Shown piece after piece: positions 38,965-47,926 of a stretch of 64,000 bases of DNA. The notes below the pieces were generated by a model. That model did no database searches. It saw only the letters and a list, made by a program, of their open reading frames with translations, and was not told the origin of the DNA. The stretch lies in NCBI GenBank assembly GCA_034669905.1, contig JAXMOL010000036.1:19457-83456 (forward strand), written 5' to 3'. The stretch's first letter is position 1. Each line of letters starts with the position of its first letter. The stretch is from Candidatus Hydrogenedentota bacterium. Its GTDB lineage: Bacteria > Hydrogenedentota > Hydrogenedentia > Hydrogenedentales > JAEUWI01. The position numbers were made by a program, and so were the translations under genes.

Positions 38965-39954
38965 ATGATTCGTACTACTTTCGTCGCCCTGACCATCGCC
39001 CTGGGGGCCCTTGCACCGGCAAAGGACATCCCCAAGATAATTTTTGATACCGACATGACGGGCGATTGTGACGATTGCGGGGCGCTGGCCATGTTGCACG
39101 CCCTGGCCGACAAGGGCGAAGTGGAAATCCTGGGATGTATCGCCAGTTACGGCGGCACCCCCTGGGTACCGGGCTGCATCGACGCTATTAATACATACTA
39201 TGGGCGGGGCGACCTGCCCATTGGGGCGATCCACGAGGAATACGGCCGTATCGAGAGCCGTTACCTCGAAGCCATCGCCACCGACACCGAACGTTACGGA
39301 CACGATATCGTGACCAAAGACCAGGCACCGGACCATGTCAGCGTGTACCGCAGCCTGCTCGCTGCTCAGCCCGACGGCAGCGTAACCATCGTCACGGTAG
39401 GCCGCCTCAAAGCCCTGGTCGACCTGTTGAACTCAACAGGAGATGAACACAGTGACCTGGATGGCACAGCCCTGGTGAAGCAGAAGGTCAAAACCTGGGT
39501 CTGCATGGGGGGCCGCTATCCCAACCCCGAAGAAACTGGCGAAGCCAATTTTCAGACCTGGGGCGGCGCAGGCTATAGCAAAGCCGCCGTCGAAGGCTGG
39601 CCCCTCGACGTCACGTTCTCCGGGTGGGAAATCGGCCGTAACATCATGACGGGCCACCAGCTCATGACCCAATCGGACGACAATCCGGCGGCGCGGGCCT
39701 ATCGCCTCTTTCTCCGTGACAAAAAGAATCGGGAGAGCTGGGACCAGACGGCTGTCCTGGTAGCCGTGCGGGGCGCGGCACCATGGTGGGACGTGGAATC
39801 TCAGGGACATAACGCCGTCCGGGAAGATGGCGTCAACGTATGGAAATCCGAGCCCGATGCCAACCACCACTACCTCATCCCGAAGGTACCACCGCGAGAG
39901 GTCGCGGAACTGATCGAGTCCCTCATGTGCGCGCCCCCGCTGAACTCTAAATAG
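38965..39954 (+). CDS. Secreted nucleoside hydrolase family protein
   Basis: IFDTDMTGDCDD, MGG, EANF, SWD; signal peptide. Confidence 0.85.
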   Translation: MIRTTFVALTIALGALAPAKDIPKIIFDTDMTGDCDDCGALAMLHALADKGEVEILGCIASYGGTPWVPGCIDAINTYYGRGDLPIGAIHEEYGRIESRYLEAIATDTERYGHDIVTKDQAPDHVSVYRSLLAAQPDGSVTIVTVGRLKALVDLLNSTGDEHSDLDGTALVKQKVKTWVCMGGRYPNPEETGEANFQTWGGAGYSKAAVEGWPLDVTFSGWEIGRNIMTGHQLMTQSDDNPAARAYRLFLRDKKNRESWDQTAVLVAVRGAAPWWDVESQGHNAVREDGVNVWKSEPDANHHYLIPKVPPREVAELIESLMCAPPLNSK

Positions 39955-39973
39955 TAACCAGGGGAACGCGCCT

Positions 39974-40966
39974 TCAGAAGAAGCGCATGCGGCGAAAGAG
40001 CCAGACGCCGAGCACGGCCAACAAGATGAGCAAGGCACACACCACCGCGAAGGCAACGTTGCTGTCCGTTCCGGGCATCCCCCCCACGTTGATACCCAAC
40101 AGCCCCGTCAGCAACCCCAGGGGGAGAAAAACGGCGGCCACCAGGGAAAGCACATACATGGTCCGGTTCATTTGCTCGGCCAGGCGGCCTGCAAGCTCCT
40201 CCTGGGTGACAGCCGCCCGTTCGCGGGAAGCGTCCAGATCTTCCACATGGCGGGTCAGGCGGTCCGCCGCTTCTCGCAGTTGGGCCTTGTCAAGATCAGA
40301 CAGCCAGGCGACACGCTCTGATTGGAGGCGGGCAATAACGTCGCGCTGGGGAGCGAGATAGCGCCGCAATGCGATAGCCTGTCGTCGGACTTCCGCCAGG
40401 CGGGTGCGTAGTTCAAAGGTCTGAGCCGAAACCACCAGATCCTCCAGCTCATCCACTTCGTCGTCCAGCGCCACCATCACGGGCCCCATGCGTTCGATCA
40501 ACTGCAGCACAAGGGATGGCAGAAAGGCCCCCGGACCAACGGGGCCCTCGCCTCTTTCAAGTCGCTCATGAATATCCTGCACCGCCATCACCCGCTGACC
40601 ACGCAGGGTAATCACCCGTTCGGCGTCAAACCACGCCCGAATGGACGTCATATTCTCCGGATTCTCTCCCTCATTGAGATTGACCCCGCGAAGTGTCGCG
40701 ACCATGCCGCCTGCAATTACCAGGCTCCGTGGTCGTATTTCTCTGGCAAGCAGGGCCTCACAGGCTACGGCATCCAGACCCGAGCGTTCCCGCAACCAGT
40801 CGACCGCTTCCTCATGGCGACAATCGAGGTGTAGCCAACGGCTGTGCCCCGGGGGCAACGGACGGTCAAAGTCGTCCATCAAGAATGGCCGTGCGCCCCC
40901 CGTACCGTCCATTTCGCACGCCCAGATTAGTCCCGCGTTCTCCGTCATAGTGCTCTCCTGACTCAC
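39974..40966 (-). CDS. zntB: CorA-family zinc transporter ZntB
   Basis: WLHLD, LRGVNLN, LRRYLAPQRD, GLLGINVGGMPG, two C-terminal TM. Confidence 0.9.
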   Translation of the reverse strand: MSQESTMTENAGLIWACEMDGTGGARPFLMDDFDRPLPPGHSRWLHLDCRHEEAVDWLRERSGLDAVACEALLAREIRPRSLVIAGGMVATLRGVNLNEGENPENMTSIRAWFDAERVITLRGQRVMAVQDIHERLERGEGPVGPGAFLPSLVLQLIERMGPVMVALDDEVDELEDLVVSAQTFELRTRLAEVRRQAIALRRYLAPQRDVIARLQSERVAWLSDLDKAQLREAADRLTRHVEDLDASRERAAVTQEELAGRLAEQMNRTMYVLSLVAAVFLPLGLLTGLLGINVGGMPGTDSNVAFAVVCALLILLAVLGVWLFRRMRFF

Positions 40967-41149
40967 GTGACAGGCGTGCCGCGAGACACATCCACGAAAT
41001 GCGCGACAGCACCTTCCTGAGCCTCAGTATGAATCACCTGTACCCAGAAACGCCACCACTCCCCGCGATGGTGGGAAGTGATGGCGTCTCTGAAATGGCG
41101 TTTTGATGGTGAGCCGCTCCCGAGGTGCGGCACGTTGGGACTCATGGAA

Positions 41150-42142
41150 CTACACTTTCGCGCCTCCCAGACGTTTCTTCGCGAGCCGCTCATAGTAGCC
41201 CAGGGTGGACGACCACATTTCTACAACCTGAAGATGGCGCAGCATCGTGTATCTGTCTATATCCATCCGGTAGTAGTCTGGCTGGAACCCTTCGGAGAAT
41301 ACCAGCCCATAGTCCTCTTTAAACTCGTTGCAAAGTATGCCAACTTCCTTGGCGACCACGCTGCGATCATGCAACTCGATGTTACGGTATTTTGTCAGAT
41401 AGCCAAAAAAAGAGGCCAGGTAGGGACTCGGTTCGTCCAGGTTAATCTCGACCTCCTGTACCTCCATCAACAGACCGGGCTCCAGCGCACGAATGCTCCG
41501 AAATACGTCGTAGGACACATCCACCGATTCCACATAGGGCACCACCTCCCCATCCACGAACACCATGGGAACGACCCCATTGCTCACAACGACTTCCGCA
41601 TAGGTCGAAAGCAGCTGAGCCCGGTGATCCCCTTCGGAGGGCCCTCCCCCAAAGGGATGATAGTGCCCCATGGCCACCACGCGGTTACCACGAACCCACA
41701 GATCCACCGTATCGCCCAGATAGGGCAATTCCTTTCGGTCCAGCCAGGCACTCAACCCGTTGGGCAGGGTTTCCGGCAAGAAGGAGTTCCATGTGCGGAT
41801 TGGCTCGTGACGTAGCGTGCCATCCGTGCCCCGTACGATGGCAAAGAGGTGGCCACCGCGCATGTCGGCCAAATCATCCCGCAGTGCGGTTTGATAGCGG
41901 AGCACCTGTACCTGACTGACGAGAAAACGGGCCAACTCGCCGTTATCTTTCGCCGGGTCGGGAAAGAGCAGCCCGGGCACATAGGTAGCCATCAGGTAAC
42001 CATAGACCGCAATGGGCCGGGTAGGCGAGAGCACCATGGGCAAGACCAGTATAAAGGCCATCAAATAGAGCAGGCTTCGGTATCGTTTGGCGCGCCGGGT
42101 CCAGGTCTGGACCGCGTGTGGGGTGTCATGACGTACTTCCAT
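41150..42142 (-). CDS. Membrane-anchored hypothetical protein with JAMM/MPN+-like motif
   Basis: N-terminal TM region; VVAMGHYHPFGGGPSEGD. Confidence 0.6.
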   Translation of the reverse strand: MEVRHDTPHAVQTWTRRAKRYRSLLYLMAFILVLPMVLSPTRPIAVYGYLMATYVPGLLFPDPAKDNGELARFLVSQVQVLRYQTALRDDLADMRGGHLFAIVRGTDGTLRHEPIRTWNSFLPETLPNGLSAWLDRKELPYLGDTVDLWVRGNRVVAMGHYHPFGGGPSEGDHRAQLLSTYAEVVVSNGVVPMVFVDGEVVPYVESVDVSYDVFRSIRALEPGLLMEVQEVEINLDEPSPYLASFFGYLTKYRNIELHDRSVVAKEVGILCNEFKEDYGLVFSEGFQPDYYRMDIDRYTMLRHLQVVEMWSSTLGYYERLAKKRLGGAKV

Positions 42143-42199
42143 GTTACACCTTCATTCCTTTTTTGTTGGAACAACTTTTTTGCATTGTTTTTAGTCACT

Positions 42200-42215
42200 C
42201 ATACCATATGGTATG
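42200..42215. promoter_or_regulatory. Perfect 16-bp palindrome, candidate operator
   Basis: CATACCATATGGTATG in an AT-rich region upstream of 41150-42142. Confidence 0.5.
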
Positions 42216-42865
42216 TAAATGGCAAAATCCGGGCCCAGAAAACCGTTGTCTGAATACAGGGCTGGCCCTTCGTAATGATTGTCATACGGCTGGGTAAGCA
42301 GGCTGAAATGAATCGGAGCGAGCTCCAATCCATTGCGGGGACTTGCCCTGGTGAATCCCTTGGGAACAAACCCACCGTTTGCGTGTGCTCCGCAGTCACT
42401 TCCTACCGTTCGGTAGCTTGCCTACGGCCTTTCAACCGAGAACATCCGAGAAATCCTGTGAGTCTAACACGCTGCTAACACATATCTTATGCACACTATA
42501 GGTGTCGAAACGCGCAACATCACTCAGCGGTACGGATGTTTCTATACCCACCTTATATGCACATATCGTGCCAGAGTTTCGATGAGACCGCGAAGACGAA
42601 AAACGGAACGCGTACGTTCTGCACGGAAGTCATGGAAGGGTGTGGGCAGCTTCCCACCGAAGCCAGGCAGCGGCGGCGTCACGAAGCGCGTGACGTTCGG
42701 GGAAGAAATTGAATTTGGCGCGTTCGTACCCCAGGGTGCGAATGCCCTTCAGGGTCCAGCCCGATAAGTATAGCATAACGAACATGCGTCATACCTCCTC
42801 CCACCGGCCATACTCGGGAGATTCCAATGGTGGCCTTAGCAAGCTGCCCATGGAAACCCGTTGAC

Positions 42866-43981
42866 CTACTCCGTTGCCACGAGCCAGGACAAGGGAAACT
42901 TGGCGAAGGTGACTTTCTGGTAGGGGGTCTCGTCCCCCCGCTCATAGAGGATACCGATTTGTTCGTCGGGCAGGATGGCCAGACAGGAATAGGCGGCAGG
43001 CCCTTCGTGGAGCACGCGGGAAACGGGCCAGGTCACCCCTTCATCGCGACTGAGCCGTATGGTCAGGCGCTCCCGCTTGGTGCTTGCCGGATTGGAGAAA
43101 AGCAATTGCTCTTTCGATTCATCGTTGTACCAAAGCAGGCTGGCCTGGCAGATAGGCTCTATCAGCCCTTCGTGAGGTCGGGCGGTCTCCCAGGTCTTCC
43201 CCCGGTCGTTGGATACCGCCACGTAGCGGTGGTTTTCCTGACGATTGTTGCGCATATTGGCAAGCAGGTCACCATTCTTCCGCTGGACCAGCATCCACTC
43301 CTCGGTGTACTCCCCTGCCGGACCGCCCATGTGCCACGTTTTGCCCCCATCGTCACTAAAGATAAAGTGGCTGTAAAGCGCGTCGCCCGACTTGCGGCTC
43401 AGCGGAAAATAGAGACGGCCCTCCCGGTCCTGATAGCCCCGACCGGGTGACGTCCAGGCAGCCTCCCACGCAGGATCTTTCACGTCGGCGTTAATATTCC
43501 GGGGCTTGCTCCAGGTGACCCCGTCATCGTCGCTATGAATCAGCATCAGCTGAAAAGTATCGCCATCAACACCCGGCTGGCTCGTCTTCACCCCCACACC
43601 ATCGGGCGCGTAGACAAAGAAACACCAGAGCCGCCCCGTGTTCCGGTCCACCAGCAACGACGGGTCCCCCCCACCCTGGGCACCGAAATCGGAAATAACC
43701 TGGACGTCGCTCCATGTTTCACCGGAATCGAAGCTACGGCGCATGACAAGGTCGATGTCATTGGGCAGGTCTTGCCCCCGGTCCGCCCGGGCATCACACA
43801 CCGCCACGACCACTCCCGATTTCGTCACGACGAGCGCCGGAATGCGATACACCGGGACATCATTCATCCCCTGATAAAAGAGGTCGGTCTGTTGCACTTC
43901 TGCGGCGACTCGGGACGCGGTGCAGAGCAGTGCGATGCCGACTACGGAAAGGATCATAAGAGGGCGAAGGCGATACATCAT
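42866..43981 (-). CDS. Exo-alpha-sialidase (GH33)
   Basis: YRIP motif; multiple Asp-boxes S.D.G.TW; AYS; signal peptide. Confidence 0.92.
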   Translation of the reverse strand: MMYRLRPLMILSVVGIALLCTASRVAAEVQQTDLFYQGMNDVPVYRIPALVVTKSGVVVAVCDARADRGQDLPNDIDLVMRRSFDSGETWSDVQVISDFGAQGGGDPSLLVDRNTGRLWCFFVYAPDGVGVKTSQPGVDGDTFQLMLIHSDDDGVTWSKPRNINADVKDPAWEAAWTSPGRGYQDREGRLYFPLSRKSGDALYSHFIFSDDGGKTWHMGGPAGEYTEEWMLVQRKNGDLLANMRNNRQENHRYVAVSNDRGKTWETARPHEGLIEPICQASLLWYNDESKEQLLFSNPASTKRERLTIRLSRDEGVTWPVSRVLHEGPAAYSCLAILPDEQIGILYERGDETPYQKVTFAKFPLSWLVATE

Positions 43982-44345
43982 GTTCTCCTGGTTGGGCTAT
44001 CAGATACATTGTAGTACACGCGTGTACGCGAGTGGAACGGGCAGTGCCAGTCACTTCTCCGCACCTGCCGCACGAATTGCCGATTGGCCGTCGGCCCTCC
44101 AGAGTTCCATGCAAGGGACGGTATCGCGCCCGAATACCCAACCCATCCCAAGGCCACGCCGGACCAGCCCCCCACGCTGCCAGCACCCCCACCACGCTGA
44201 AGCGCGTTCCTGTCCCGGTGGCAGAAGGCTCAGCCCCTCCGCAACGACGAAAAAAAGAGACATTGAGGCACCAACATGCTCCCTTGACCCCATTATAGCG
44301 TCACGCAGCGACACACCCCGGTGCCATCGCGACCCCATCGCGCAC

Positions 44346-44380
44346 TTGCCAGATAGTTACAAATGCGCTACAATTGTAAC
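44346..44380 (+). promoter_or_regulatory. Sigma70 promoter and operator of the TA operon
   Basis: TTGCCA-N17-TACAAT overlapped by inverted repeat GTTACAA-N11-TTGTAAC. Confidence 0.7.
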
Positions 44381-44397
44381 CAAAGGAGAAAACCGCC

Positions 44398-44652
44398 ATG
44401 AGTACCGAACCCACCAACCTGAGACTTGATGCCGACGCCAAGAAAGCGGCCTACGCCGTATTTAAAAAAGTTGGCTTGAAGCCCGCCCAGGCCGTGAATT
44501 TGTTCCTTCGCCAGGTGGCGTTGCACAAGGGGCTTCCCTTCCCCGTCGCTATCCCCAACGATGATACGGTGGCGGCGATGGACGAACTCAATCAAGGCGG
44601 CGGAAAGCAGCTTGATTCCACTGACGATTTCTACCGAGACCTGGGCATCTAA
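44398..44652 (+). CDS. dinJ: RelB/DinJ family antitoxin
   Basis: RHH N-terminus, AVNLFLRQVA...GLPF, PN..T..AM; AAGGAG RBS. Confidence 0.9.
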   Translation: MSTEPTNLRLDADAKKAAYAVFKKVGLKPAQAVNLFLRQVALHKGLPFPVAIPNDDTVAAMDELNQGGGKQLDSTDDFYRDLGI

Positions 44653-44655
44653 CCC

Positions 44656-44931
44656 ATGTACGCAATCCGGCGCTCGACACGCTTCAGGCGGGATGTTCGA
44701 CGCTGCCAGAAGCAAAGCAAGCCCATGGACAAGTTTCGAGCAATCCATGCGCTTCTGGTTGAAGGAGCGCCCTTGCCGGAACGAAACCGGGACCACCAAT
44801 TGAGTGGAGCGTGGGAAGGCTATCGGGAGTGTCACCTTGAGCCGGATTGGCTGCTGATATATAAGGTAGACGAAGTAAACGAAGTGCTTGAATACGTCCG
44901 TATGGGGTCCCACGCGGAACTATTCCGGTAA
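44656..44931 (+). CDS. yafQ: YafQ family mRNA interferase toxin
   Basis: RDH.L.G.W.GYRECHLEPDWLLIY, R.GSHAELF. Confidence 0.93.
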   Translation: MYAIRRSTRFRRDVRRCQKQSKPMDKFRAIHALLVEGAPLPERNRDHQLSGAWEGYRECHLEPDWLLIYKVDEVNEVLEYVRMGSHAELFR

Positions 44932-45067
44932 ACGTCTGCCGACCACCAAGACTGGAGGCAAGACATGGTTCACACCAATGAATTCCAATCATTGACGAGT
45001 CGGGTACCAGAACCACCATGACACCCTTGCACAGGCGTGGCGACATGGAATGCGGACGACCACAGTC

Positions 45068-45492
45068 TCATTCATGCCGTTCTAAGGCATTGGGAAAACC
45101 GTAGTCCATACAGTTAATTCCTTTGAGCTCGAATTTCGGACGAACGCAATAACGCTGTGAGCGCTTCATTCCAGTTACGTCAATGTAGTCTAGCTCGAAT
45201 TGAATACTGTCTTGGGGGAGATCGATTTCTACAGGGACCGTTATCATAATTTGATATGAATCATCCCTGTGCAGTACCAAGGGGCCTTTTCCGCCACATT
45301 CAAGCCCCAATTCTTTCATGCTCTTGTACATTTTGGGAAAAGCTTCAAATACTGTTTCACCTACATTCGTCGCTGTCAGTGTGTTGCCAACCGCCTCAAC
45401 GTCACTCTTGTGTGAGGCACGCCCACATCGTACCCACTAAATGAAAGCTGGAGTGTTTCCCTACGCTGTTCCTGTGCTCTCCGCTCATCCAT
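45068..45492 (-). pseudogene. AT-rich degraded hypothetical gene (probable frameshift)
   Basis: MDERRAQEQRRETLQLSF from 45492 can shift frame into WVRCG...TNVGETVF...MYKS...FELDYIDVTG; composition differs from neighbours. Confidence 0.4.
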
Positions 45493-45560
45493 TTCAGTCC
45501 TCGTTAGCTTACCAATTTCTCCGTGCGCTCCAGCGCTCTTTTTAAGTTCAAGCCATACCT

Positions 45561-46496
45561 TCAGTCGGCGGCAACTACAACGCGCCCCAAGTTGAGGTGT
45601 TTGTCCGCTGGGCCATCGAATTCGTAGGTGAAGTAAGGGGTGCTGTTCTTGTTTTCTTTCAGTGCGATACGAAGGGCATCACGAACGAGAAAGCCATCGG
45701 CGCGGAGCCGCCCTTGGGCATCTGTGCGGGCGCGAAGGCCTTTCAACGGGGTGCCATTCGAATTCTGAACGACGAGCTCATAGGCCTTGTTTGCGAGAGG
45801 ACGATTCGCCTCGTCTACCAGCGTGGCGGAAATTGTGCCAACTTTCCGGAGGGTCAGGGTAATAGCTGAAATCTCGTCGCCCGGTGAAAGGGTGTAGTGT
45901 TTCGAGGTAGTCCAGGTATAGCCGTCTGCGGAGGCGCTTACCCAGATTTCGTGTCCGGCAACGGCAAGCCAATCGCACCGGCCCCATTTATCGCTGCTGG
46001 ACATGATGCTCAACGCGCCGTAGTCCTCCTTATATTCGGGCGTCATTCGGGAGAGGGAGACTTTCGCGCCGACGATTGGTTCGCCGACGGCATCGACGAC
46101 CCGCACGGGAATGGCTACGGGATCGGGAAGATGGAGGTCGTGGACGAATTCTGCTTCCTCGGTATAAACCTCAATGGTCTGAGTCGACTCGAAGTTTCCG
46201 ATGGACGCGGCGTCTTCGCCATACCAGAAACTGCCAAACCGGGTATCGATCTGATATCGGCCTTCACCGGGCAAGGCGACGCTGTAGGATGATTTGCCCC
46301 GAGACGCCAGGTGCAGGGTGGCCCAATGGTCGCGGTCCAGGCGACGGACAGCAACCCAGGTTTCCATGTCGAGGGGTGTTCCAGATTCCTGACCCACAAT
46401 GCTTCCCGTCAACGTAAGGGGTGCTGGTGACGCGGGGACTGCCCACATCAATGCAAGGAGTATTGTAGTAAGTCCTGCAGGGTATCGCATGCGCAT
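45561..46496 (-). CDS. Secreted carboxypeptidase-regulatory-like (beta-sandwich) domain protein
   Basis: Signal peptide; RVVD..GEPI.GA.V, SADGY, LVDE..RPL, TD..G. Confidence 0.7.
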   Translation of the reverse strand: MRMRYPAGLTTILLALMWAVPASPAPLTLTGSIVGQESGTPLDMETWVAVRRLDRDHWATLHLASRGKSSYSVALPGEGRYQIDTRFGSFWYGEDAASIGNFESTQTIEVYTEEAEFVHDLHLPDPVAIPVRVVDAVGEPIVGAKVSLSRMTPEYKEDYGALSIMSSSDKWGRCDWLAVAGHEIWVSASADGYTWTTSKHYTLSPGDEISAITLTLRKVGTISATLVDEANRPLANKAYELVVQNSNGTPLKGLRARTDAQGRLRADGFLVRDALRIALKENKNSTPYFTYEFDGPADKHLNLGRVVVAAD

Positions 46497-46828
46497 GGTT
46501 GTTGCCTCCAGTGTAGACGCCTAGTCTAGGGGAAACATGGTGCACCGTCAACTCGTGGTGTGTAAAAAATGGCGGCTCCTTTGATTCGCTTGAAGCGGTG
46601 GAAACCGTGAAATTAAATCCTCTCCCAGGAGGGGAGTGAAACAATCCCGGGACTTCCAGGCTCCTACAGGCGAGATGACGGCATTGAAGGTAAACCTTGC
46701 CGGGAGGATGCCGGATGTCCCGGAAGACTCCGGTGGGTCCCCCTTGGATCTCGCCGGCGACTTGGGTAGAGTAGGTGACTTGGTATATCCGCAAGAGCGC
46801 AATGGGCAAGAAAAGGAGCATCGCGACC

Positions 46829-47335
46829 ATGGAGTGCCCGGTTTGTAACTGTCCGGTAAGGCAAGAGGAGCAGGGTGATGCGTTACGCGTCTGGTGCTCC
46901 TCGTGTGGTTGGGGTACGGAGACGGAGCAGGTCGACGAGGTGGCTCTACCGGTAGAGAAAGCCTCCGTCGGGCAACTGGCGCTCTGGTGGGCCGGTGCGC
47001 TTTTGGTGGTCGTGGGTCCCTACTTCGCGTTGCGTTACGGGCTGCCGTCCCTCTTCGACATTGGCCTGAGCGGTGCGGAGGAGGCCTACGCGCGCTATCT
47101 CGCGGTGCTCAACAGCTGGTATGCGCTGGTCATGGCGCTCTATCTCGGTGCGGCGGGCGCGCTTACACCCACCTACGATCCGAACAACGTGGGCTGGTTT
47201 GGCGGCATGATCGACAACCCGTTCAGCTTTCAGGACGATTTTGAGCGCGTAAAGAGGACGCTGGTTCTTGTACTGCTCCCGGGCAAGGTCTTCTGGGTGG
47301 CCGTCAAGCTCACCTGGAGTCGCTTTCGGGATTAG
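46829..47335 (+). CDS. Membrane protein with N-terminal zinc ribbon
   Basis: CPVC...CSSCGW, then TM helices and GWFGGMIDNPFS; AGGAG RBS. Confidence 0.7.
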   Translation: MECPVCNCPVRQEEQGDALRVWCSSCGWGTETEQVDEVALPVEKASVGQLALWWAGALLVVVGPYFALRYGLPSLFDIGLSGAEEAYARYLAVLNSWYALVMALYLGAAGALTPTYDPNNVGWFGGMIDNPFSFQDDFERVKRTLVLVLLPGKVFWVAVKLTWSRFRD

Positions 47336-47926
47336 GAGGACAAAGGAACAGTCTGTGAAATAGCTTGCGAAAAGTTGTTTCCTGCTCCGCCCTGAGTACA
47401 GGCACCGTATAGCCACTGTTATCATACGGCAACACGGGGGCCAAAGAGCCATCTTCCATTCTGTCCACGTGATATCCCCAACGTTGCGTAATCCCATCGC
47501 ACTGCCGCCCCCCCATTCAATCCCGCCCGCGATGCCCATTTATGCAGCTACTATACCTCGGTTTCCCTCAATGACCTATGGCGATACCGGTCGCGCACTA
47601 CGCCCGAGGTCTCCCTCGCCCCTCATGTGCTCGCGGTTCGCCAGGACGTAGTGAAAGCACTTCCGGAGGAATGCCGTCGAGACCCTATCCGAGGCGTGTC
47701 TCGATCCATTTTGCTGAGCGCTTCCAGCTTTTGACCCGGGATTCCCCAACCTATACAATCATCGTCTATTGTCTATCAGCGACGGCCCCTTTCATGGGTG
47801 TATTGTGGTGTCGTGAAGGACTATTCAGGAGGGGAACCGGACGTGCGCCATACGATGCACCCAGACCAGCTACTGCCTGATGGATCAATTACCCCACTCA
47901 GGCGTAACAACCAGAGACGGGGGACG

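Noticed and set aside
42340..42430. c-di-GMP-I riboswitch (minus strand GGCAAG-CTACC-GAAC-GGTAG)
   Set aside because: Only the first hairpin resembles it; the following GACGCAAAG segment and second stem are missing
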